Below the pieces are notes generated by a model. The model was given only the letters and a program-made list of their open reading frames with translations. It did no database searches and was not told where the DNA came from. A program made the position numbers and the translations under genes. From an uncultured Rhodovulum sp. (GTDB lineage: Bacteria; Pseudomonadota; Alphaproteobacteria; Rhodobacterales; Rhodobacteraceae), in the NCBI GenBank assembly GCA_946221765.1, contig CAMIMK010000001.1, forward strand, positions 1-38,928: a DNA stretch of 38,928 bases, in the 5' to 3' direction. Shown here piece after piece: positions 27,780 to 35,900 of this stretch. Each line of letters starts with the position of its first letter. Within the stretch, counting starts at the first letter, position 1.

Positions 27780-27840
27780 GTCCGCTTCCAGGAGATGCTG
27801 CGCCAGCGACGCCGCACGTGCATCAGTCCGCTTCCCGCCC
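27780..27840 (-). repeat. Two-box motif, right copy (GTCCGCTTCC x2 with ATGCTGCG between), inverted relative to 20990-21046
   Basis: GTCCGCTTCC at 27780-27789 and 27826-27835 (46-bp spacing). Ends in GCCC (27837-27840). Confidence 0.55.
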
Positions 27841-27880
27841 TGAACGACTGCGGAGGTCTTCACCACAGCCGCCGAGAGTG

Positions 27881-27949
27881 AGAGGGTGGCGCGTCGCTTT
27901 GCGACGGGTTCGGGCTCGGGAGAGAGGCTCCCGGGCGCCCGTCGCGGAG
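27881..27949 (+). promoter_or_regulatory. Conserved structured leader, copy B (before ParB-like gene)
   Basis: AGAGGGTGG...GCTTTGCGACGGG...CGGGAGAGAGGCTCCCGG...CCCGTCGCGGAG. Homologous to 17122-17190. Confidence 0.65.
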
Positions 27950-27958
27950 TGAAGACTG

Positions 27959-30094
27959 ATGGCGACTGCCACCCAGAAGATCACGCTCGCGTCCGCGCGC
28001 GACATCCCCTTCAACAAGCTCGTGCTGAGCCAGGCCAACGTCCGCCGGGTCAAGGCCGGTGTCTCGGTCGACGAGCTCGCCGAGTCGATCGCCCGGCGCG
28101 GGCTGATCCAGAGCCTGCACGTCCGGCCGGTGCTCGATGCCGACGGCAAGGACACCGGCACCTACGAGGTCCCCGCCGGCGGTCGGCGCTTCCGGGCGCT
28201 GGAGTTGCTGGTGAAGCAGAAACGGCTCGCACGGACCGCGCCGGTGCCCTGCGTCGTCTCGGACGTTGGCGGCGGCATCCTGATCGACGAGGTGTCGCTC
28301 GCCGAGAACATCGAGCGCGCGCCGCTGCATCCGCTCGACCAGTTCCGCGCCTTCCAGGCGCTGCGCGAGAAGGGGATGACCGAGGAGGCGATCGCCGCCG
28401 CCTTCTTTGTCGGCGTCGCGGTGGTGAAGCAACGGCTACGGCTCGCCTCGGTGTCGCCAATCCTGCTCGAAGTCTATGCCGACGACGGCATGACGCTCGA
28501 GCAGCTGATGGCCTTTACCGTCTCGGAGGACCATGCACGGCAGGAGCAGGTCTGGTCGACGATCGGCAGCGGCTGGAACAAGGAGCCCTTCCAGATTCGC
28601 CGGATGCTGACCGAGACGACGGTGCGCGCCTCCGACCGGCGGGCGCTCTTCGTCGGCGTCGAGGCCTACGAGGCGGCCGGCGGCCTGGTGTTGCGCGATC
28701 TCTTCCAGTCCGACGACGGCGGCTGGCTGCAGGACGCGGGCCTGCTCGACCGGCTGGTGACGGAGAAGCTCAAGGCCGCCGCCGACGCGGTCGCCGGGGA
28801 AGGCTGGAAGTGGGTGGAGGCCGCGGTCACCATTCCCTACGGCACGGCCTTCGGCCTGCGCGCACTCGACGGCACGCCTCTCGCGATGAGCGAGGCGGAG
28901 GTCGCGCAGCGCGACGCGCTGCAGGCCGAGTTCGATCGGCTGAACGAAGCGTACGACAGCGCCGACGAGCTGCCGGACGAGGTCGACGCGCGGCTCGGCG
29001 AGATCGAGGCGGCGCTCGACGCCATCGACACCCGGCCGATGCAGTACGACCCTGCCGAGGTCGCCATCGCCGGCGTCTTCGTCAGCGTCGCGTCGGACGG
29101 GTCGCTGAACATCCAGCGGGGCTTCGTCCGGCCGGAGGACGAGCCGCGGATCCAGCCCGACGGCGAGGAGGCCTCGGGCTACGAGCCGGCGCATACCGCC
29201 GGTGCCTCCGGCGAACCCGCCGTCCAGCGCGCGGTCATCACCGTCGGCGGCCAGCCGGCGGCGCCCGAAGCCGAAGAGGAGGAAGACGACGGCATCCGGC
29301 CGCTGCCGGACCGGCTGATCACCGAGCTGACCGCCCACCGGACGCTGGCGCTGCGCGACGCCGTTGCCGCCAACCCGCGGGTGGCGATGACGGTGCTCCT
29401 GCACAAGCTCGCCTCCGACGCCTTCGGCCGGCGCTCGCGCGAAGGCTGCCTCGAGGCGGAGGTCCGCGAGGTCTACACCCCCATCCAGGCCGACGAGCTC
29501 GGCGAGAGCGCGTCGGCGACCTCGGTTGTCGCGCGGCACGCCCGCTGGAGCGCCGAGGTGCCGACGGAGGACGGGGCACTCTGGGACTGGATCGTCGCGC
29601 TCGACGCCGAGGATCGCATGGCGCTTCTGGCCCACTGCGTCAGCCTCGGGGTCAACGCCCTCCACGAGCGGCCGAACCCCTACGGCGCCGGCGTCAGTGC
29701 CTTCGGGCTGACGAAGCGGCTGGCGCAGGCCGACCGGCTGGCGCGGGCGACCGGGCTCGACATGGTCGAGGCCGGATGGCGGCCGACGGTCGGCAACTAC
29801 CTCGGCCGGGTCACCAAGGCGCGCATCCTCGAGGCGGTGCGCGACGGCGCCGGCGAGCCCGCGGCGCAGCTCATCGACCACCTGAAGAAGGGCGACATGG
29901 CGCGGGAGGCGGAGCGCTTGCTCGCCGACCGCGGCTGGCTGCCCGAGCCGCTGCGGCTGGTTGGGGACGATGCAGTCGATGCGGGCGGGGAGGATGTCGG
30001 CGATGACGAGAGCCTCCCGGCATTCCTCGCCGACGACGACGAGACTGGCGAAGAGGCGGAGGACGACGAGCCGGCCGGTATCGCGGCCGAGTAG
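27959..30094 (+). CDS. Long ParB/RepB/Spo0J-family protein (ICE/plasmid type)
   Basis: IPFNKLVLSQANVR, LAESIARRGLIQSL, AGGRRFRAL, SLAENIERAPLHPLDQFRAF, HTH, C-terminal GWLPEPLR and acidic tail. Confidence 0.9.
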   Translation: MATATQKITLASARDIPFNKLVLSQANVRRVKAGVSVDELAESIARRGLIQSLHVRPVLDADGKDTGTYEVPAGGRRFRALELLVKQKRLARTAPVPCVVSDVGGGILIDEVSLAENIERAPLHPLDQFRAFQALREKGMTEEAIAAAFFVGVAVVKQRLRLASVSPILLEVYADDGMTLEQLMAFTVSEDHARQEQVWSTIGSGWNKEPFQIRRMLTETTVRASDRRALFVGVEAYEAAGGLVLRDLFQSDDGGWLQDAGLLDRLVTEKLKAAADAVAGEGWKWVEAAVTIPYGTAFGLRALDGTPLAMSEAEVAQRDALQAEFDRLNEAYDSADELPDEVDARLGEIEAALDAIDTRPMQYDPAEVAIAGVFVSVASDGSLNIQRGFVRPEDEPRIQPDGEEASGYEPAHTAGASGEPAVQRAVITVGGQPAAPEAEEEEDDGIRPLPDRLITELTAHRTLALRDAVAANPRVAMTVLLHKLASDAFGRRSREGCLEAEVREVYTPIQADELGESASATSVVARHARWSAEVPTEDGALWDWIVALDAEDRMALLAHCVSLGVNALHERPNPYGAGVSAFGLTKRLAQADRLARATGLDMVEAGWRPTVGNYLGRVTKARILEAVRDGAGEPAAQLIDHLKKGDMAREAERLLADRGWLPEPLRLVGDDAVDAGGEDVGDDESLPAFLADDDETGEEAEDDEPAGIAAE

Positions 30095-30477
30095 GCCTCA
30101 GGGCGGGGGGCCGCCACCCGCTCCCCGTCACCGAGCCAGGCTTCAAATCGGGCGTCACCGTCTCGTCGGCATGCGGCGCTCCGCGAGACCCCGGCCTGAA
30201 GCAACGACGACCAGCACCCCTGCACCCTGATCGCACCGATGGCGTCCGCGGTCAGGGGCCGGCTCCTGTCGGCCGGGAACCATCCCCCGCTCGAGGGTCA
30301 CTGCCTGCCCGGGCTTCGGCTTCGACGATCAACCCACGAGGGGTCGGATTACGCAAGCGTGCCGCCGCGCGGATTCGGACGAGCCGAACGCGCGCGGTGA
30401 TCGCAGCCGCTGCCCCGGCGAGCCGCGTCCTGTCGCGCGGGGGATGGTCCCCCGCCTCCGAGACAGGAGCCGGACCG

Positions 30478-30642
30478 ATGACCTACAAGGACGCCACCGC
30501 CTTCGCGATCAGCCTCGCCGCCACGCTGATGGTCACCATCGTCGTCTTCCAGGCCGGCGACGGCAGCCACGGCGCCATGCCCGCCGCCGAGTTCGACGGC
30601 GACGCCGCGATGATCCGCGCCGAGATCGACCCCTTCGACTGA
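30478..30642 (+). CDS. Small hypothetical protein (54 aa) with hydrophobic N-terminal half
   Basis: SD AGGAG, ATG 30478, strong GC3 bias. MTYKDATAFAISLAATLMVTIVVF...EIDPFD. Confidence 0.65.
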   Translation: MTYKDATAFAISLAATLMVTIVVFQAGDGSHGAMPAAEFDGDAAMIRAEIDPFD

Positions 30643-30823
30643 AGGGCCGTCGCCCACCGGCGGCCGGCGCCCCGTCGGCCGTCCGGGACGCGGCGGCTGC
30701 GCCGTCCGCCGGCCCGCGCGCGGTCCGTCGAGAGGAAGAGGCGGGCCGGAGAGGGACGAGCCCGCCGGATCGAGAGCAAGTGCGGCCGGCTCGCTTCCCT
30801 GTTTCGCCACAATGGAGATCACC

Positions 30824-31306
30824 ATGATCGACGACAACGGTGCCGCCACGCCCGACGCTGCGCCGGACAAATTCTCGCACCGGCTGACCGACCACATGGC
30901 TCGCGTCGAGGCGTTGCGCCCGGCGAACAAGGCCGCGATCCTCGACGCGCTCGCCGCGGCCGGGATCACCGAGGTCGAGGTGAACTTCGACGGCTACGGC
31001 GACAGTGGCCAGATCGAGGACATCGTGGCGCGTACCGGCGACGCCGAGGCCAAGGCCGCGCTGTCGGCGGTCGAGGTGCAGCTCTCCGCGCCGGCTTGGG
31101 GCAGCGACCATATCGAGACTCGGACGAAGCCGCTCGCCGAAGCCATCGAGCATTTCGTCTAAGACGCCCTCGCCGACCTGCATCCCGGCTGGGAGAACAA
31201 CGACGGCGCCACCGGGACGTTCACCTTCGGCGTCGCCGACCGCACCGTCACCCTCGACCACGGCGACCGCTACACCACGGTCGAGTATACCACCCATACC
31301 TTCTGA
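30824..31306 (+). pseudogene. DUF6878-like gene with in-frame stop
   Basis: NKAAILDALAAAGIT-V-V-FDGYGDSGQIE. TAA at 31160-31162, then the same frame continues HPGWENNDGATGTFTF to TGA 31306. Confidence 0.75.
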
Positions 31307-31313
31307 GGCGGCC

Positions 31314-31698
31314 ATGGCGCATCCTTGGCATCACGCCCTCTCGTCGGTCCGCAAGTGGGGCGGCGCCCCCGAGGACACCCTCGAAGTCCATACTTGGTTC
31401 GACCTCAGCAAGGCGATCCTCCCGGATTTCCGCCACCGCGCACTCCGCCACCACGCCGAGGGCATCTTCTTGGCGGAGACGATCTTCGGCCCGACGCTCA
31501 CCTTGTCTTCGGGCCGGATCATTCCGACGGGCTCAAGTCGGCGAGCAGCATGTCCGCGAGGACCTCGGCGTCATCCCGTCCTTCGCCGACTGGGCGCGGG
31601 CGATCCGGCCCGAGCCGTGGATGGGCCGGGCGCAGCGGGTCGAGGCCGAGGTCGATCCCTTCGCCGTCGGTGGCGACGTCCCGCTGACCAAGACCTGA
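31314..31698 (+). pseudogene. DUF6915-like gene, +1 frameshift near 31530
   Basis: MAHPWHHALSSVRKWGG...RHRALRHHAEGIF in one frame; VGEQHVREDLGVIPSFADW in the next frame. Confidence 0.75.
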
Positions 31699-31794
31699 TC
31701 CGCCAGCGCGGACGACCACGACTCTTCGAACGCGCATTCCCGTCCATACACGCCCGGCCTCGTGCCGGGCGTCTTCGTTTCCAGGGAGGGCCTG

Positions 31795-32205
31795 ATGGCC
31801 GACACCTTCACCCACTTCTCCTGCCTCCTCGACGTCGGGACGCCGGAGAACGCCGCGCAGGCGCTCGTCCTCTTCGCCGCGCTCGCCGAGGATGAAGAAG
31901 ACGACGTTCGCGCAGACGGCTACGCCGTCTCGATCGACGAGCTCGGCTCCGGCCAGCTCTGGATCCGCGACGAGGGCTCGGGCGACCCCGAGCAGGTCAT
32001 CGGCTTTGTCCGCCGTTGCGCGGCGGCGTTCGGCCTCACCGGCCGCTGGGGGTTCCAGGACGCCACGACCTGCTCGCGGCCGCGGCTCGACGCCTTCGGC
32101 GGCGGGGCGCACGTCATCGATCTCGCCACCGGTGAGACCCTCGACTGGACCAGCACCGACGACTGGCTCGCCATCGTTCTCGCGGGAGACGACCCCGATG
32201 CCTGA
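31795..32205 (+). CDS. Hypothetical protein (ICE backbone)
   Basis: SD GGGAGG, MADTFTHFSCLLDVG...TCSRPRLDAFGGGA. Good codon bias; overlaps the next start. Confidence 0.7.
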   Translation: MADTFTHFSCLLDVGTPENAAQALVLFAALAEDEEDDVRADGYAVSIDELGSGQLWIRDEGSGDPEQVIGFVRRCAAAFGLTGRWGFQDATTCSRPRLDAFGGGAHVIDLATGETLDWTSTDDWLAIVLAGDDPDA

Positions 32206-32823
32206 GATCGTCGAGATCTTCGTCTACCGGCTCGACGAGCTTTCGGCACCGGCCCGCGAGCGGGCAAGGGCGTGGGGTCGGGCGCAGTTGCTCGACCCGG
32301 ACTGGCACGAGTCCGTCTTCGACGACTTCGAGGCGATCTGCGCGATCCTCGGCGTCTCCCTCGGGACCACGCTGGTCCCGCTGATGGGCGGGTGCACCCG
32401 CCCGCGACCGCGCATCTATTTCTCCAGGGCGACGGAGCGTCGTTCGAGGGGCATTTCGCCTATCGCAGGGGCTCCGCACCCTTGATCCGGCACTACGCGC
32501 CGACGGACAGCGCGCTGCACCGGATCGCCGATACCCTGCAGACGGTCCAGCGCCGGCACTTCTACGGCCTCCGCGCCGACGTTCGCCATCAGGGCCGCTA
32601 TGTCCACGAGCTCACCATGGCGATCAGCGTCGAGCGAGCGTCCGGCGAGGCTGTTTTGGCGAAGAACGCGGACATCGTCATCGAGACACTACGCGATCTC
32701 GCCCGCTGGCTCTACCGGCAGCTCGAGCGCGAGCACGACTACCAGACCTCCGACGCCGTCGTCGACGAGGCGATCGACGCGAACGGCTGGACCTTCACCG
32801 AGGACGGCTGCCACTTCGGCTGA
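32198..32823 (+). pseudogene. Conserved backbone gene (family often labelled 'antitoxin of toxin-antitoxin stability system'), frameshifted near 32424
   Basis: MPEIVEIFVYRLDELS...DDFEAICAILG...IYFS in one frame; QGDGASFEG...LARWLYRQLEREHDY...ANGWTFTEDG in another. Confidence 0.7.
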
Positions 32824-32925
32824 GACGCCCGGAGAGGGAGAGGGCTGCCGGGAGATCGGGTGGTCCGGGCGGGTCGAGAGAGTCGCCCGGGGCCGATCAC
32901 AACTTCCCTCTCCGAGGTACTCCCG

Positions 32926-35900
32926 ATGAACATGCTTTCCACCTTGCCTGCGCCGGCCGAGGCGCCCGCGCCCCTCGCCTCCACCCCCGGGACGCTCGGC
33001 GTCTCGATCCTGACCGCCGCGACGCTGCTGCTGCCGCACCTGGAGCGCGGCACCCGGATCGACGCGACGATCCTCCGCGCCGTGATGGCGTCGACCTTCC
33101 TCGACACCGACGCCACCGGCCGCTGGGACTGGAAGACGGCCTACGATGCCTGCGAAGCCGCGACCGTGCTCTTCCTCCGGAAGCACGGCCCCGCGCTCTT
33201 CCGCAAGGCGACGACCTCGGCCGCGCGGCTCCGCCTGCTCGACCGGATCGCCGCGCGCATGCCGACCCACACCCGCCGCTCCGAGGAGAGCCGCGGCCGG
33301 CAGCAGTTCTCGACGCCGATCGGCCTCGGGCTCGCCGCCGCCACCGCCGCGGCGATCACGCCCGACGACCTCGTGCTGGAGCCCTCCGCCGGCACCGGCC
33401 TCCTCGCGATCTTCGCCGAGCGCGCCGGCGCCGGTCTCGCGCTCAACGAGCTCGCCGATAATCGAGCCCGCCTTCTCGCGGCGCTGTTCCCCGACATCCC
33501 GGTCACGCGCTTCGACGCGGCGCAGATCGACGACCATCTCGACCCGGCCTTCACCCCGAGCGTCGTCCTGATGAACCCGCCGTTCTCGGCGCTCGCCGAG
33601 GTAGACGGCCGCGTTGCCGACGCTGCTGCCCGTCACGTCGCCTCGGCCCTCGCGCGTCTCGCCCCCGGTGGACGATTGATGGCGATCACCGGCGCCGGCT
33701 TCGCGCCGGACCACCCGACCTGGGCGCCGACCTTCGCCCGGCTGCAGGAGCACTGCCGCGTCGTCTTCTCCGCCGCGCTCGACGGCGCCGTCTACGCCCG
33801 GCACGGCACCACCATGCCGACACGGATGACCGTCATCGACAAGGCGCCCGCCGACGATCGGACCGTCTTCCCCGCGACGCCAGGCGTGGCGCCGGACGTC
33901 GCGACGCTGCTCGGCTGGATCGATAACATGGTGCCGCCGCGCCTGCCGGTCGTGCGGTCGGGAGTAAGGGAGCCGCGGCCCGCATCCGCGCCGGCTCGCC
34001 GGGCGGACCGACGGTCCGCGCCCGTGGCGCCGTTCGCGACAACCGTCGCGCCCGACGCGGTCGAACTGGCCTACGAGCTGCTCGACGATGTCGCGGCGGC
34101 CGACGCCCGCCTGACCGACGCGGTCTACGAGCCCTACGCCCTGCAGGCGATCCGCATCCCGAGCGCCGCGCCGCATCCGACGCCGCTGGTCCAGTCCGCT
34201 GCCATGGCCTCGGTGATGCCGCCGCGGCCGCGCTACCGCCCGCTGCTGCCGGCGACGATCCTCGGCCCGCTCTCCGACGCGCAGCTGGAGACGGTGATCG
34301 CCGCCGGCGAAGCGCACGCAGCGCACCTCGCCGGCGCCTGGACGGTCGACGCGGCCTTCGACCGGGTCACCGCTGCCGCCGACGGCGCCGAGGGCGCGGT
34401 GCGCTTTCGGCAGGGCTTCATGATCGGTGACGGCACCGGCGTCGGCAAAGGCCGGCAGGCCGCCGCGATCCTGCTCGACAGCTGGCTGCGCGGCCGCCGC
34501 AAGGCGGTCTGGATCTCGAAGTCCGACAAGCTGATCGAGGACGCGCAGCGCGACTGGGCCGCGCTCGGCATGGAGCGGCTGCTGGTGACGCCGCTCGCCC
34601 GCTTCGCTCAAGGCAGGCGGATCACGCTCGGCGAGGGCATCCTCTTCACCACCTACGCCACGCTGCGCTCCGACGGCCGGGGCGAGAAGGTTTCCCGGGT
34701 GCGGCAGATCGTCGACTGGTTGGGCGCCGGTTTCGACGGGGTGATCGTCTTCGACGAGGCGCATGCCATGCAGAACGCCGCCGGAGGCAAGGGCGAACGC
34801 GGCGATGTCGCCGCCTCGCAGCAGGGCCGCGCCGGTCTGCGGCTGCAGCACGCCCTGCCGGAGGCACGCGTGCTCTACGTCTCGGCGACCGGCGCCACCA
34901 CCGTGCAGAACCTCGCCTATGCCCAGCGGCTCGGTCTCTGGGGCGGCGCCGACTTCCCCTTCGCCACCCGCGCGGAGTTCGTCGAGGCGATCGAGGCCGG
35001 CGGCGTCGCGGCGATGGAGGTGCTCGCCCGCGATCTCCGCGCCCTCGGCCTCTACACCGCCCGCTCGCTCTCCTTCGACGGCGTCACCTACGAGCTCCTC
35101 GAGCATGCGCTGACCCCGGAGCAGACCGCGCTCAACGACGCCTATGCCGGCGCCTTCGCCGTCATCCACAACAACCTCGACGCCGCCTTGCGCGCCGCCA
35201 ACGTCACCGGCGCCGCCGGCACGCTGAACCCGCAGGCGAAGTCCGCCGCGCGCTCGGCCTTCGAGGGCGCCAAGCAGCGCTTCTTCGGCCATCTCCTCAC
35301 CAGCATGAAGACCCCGACGCTGCTGCGGTCGATCGCCGGTGATCTCGACGCCGGGCACGCCGCCGTCGTGCAGATCGTCTCGACCGGCGAGGCGCTGATG
35401 GAACGCCGGCTCGCCGAGATCCCGACGGAGGAATGGGGCGACGTCCGGGTCGACATAACGCCTCGGGAGTATGTCCTCGACTACCTCGCGCACTCTTTCC
35501 CGGTGCAGCTCTACGAGCCCTTCACCGACAGCGCCGGCAACCTCGCCTCCCGCCCGGTGATCCGCGACGGCCAGCCGGTCGAGAGCCGCGAGGCGGTCGC
35601 GCGCCGTGACGCGCTGATCGAGCATCTCGCCGCGCTGCCGCCGGTGCCGGGGGCGCTCGACCAGATTGTCCAGCACTTCGGCGCCGACGTCGTCGCCGAG
35701 GTCACCGGCCGCTCCAGGCGCATCGTCCGGCGCCGGCCGGCCAATGGGGTTGCCGGCGGGGACCGCCTCGTCGTCGAGAGCCGGGCGGCCTCGGCGAACC
35801 TCGCCGAAGCCGCCGCCTTCATGGAAGACAAGAAGCGCGTGCTGGTCTTCTCCGACGCCGGCGGCACCGGGCGCAGCTACCACGCCGATCTCGCTGCGAG

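Noticed and set aside
27886..30006. 706-aa Arg/Gly/Ala-rich plus-strand ORF
   Set aside because: Alternative frame of the ParB-like gene, with composition typical of off-frame GC-rich DNA.
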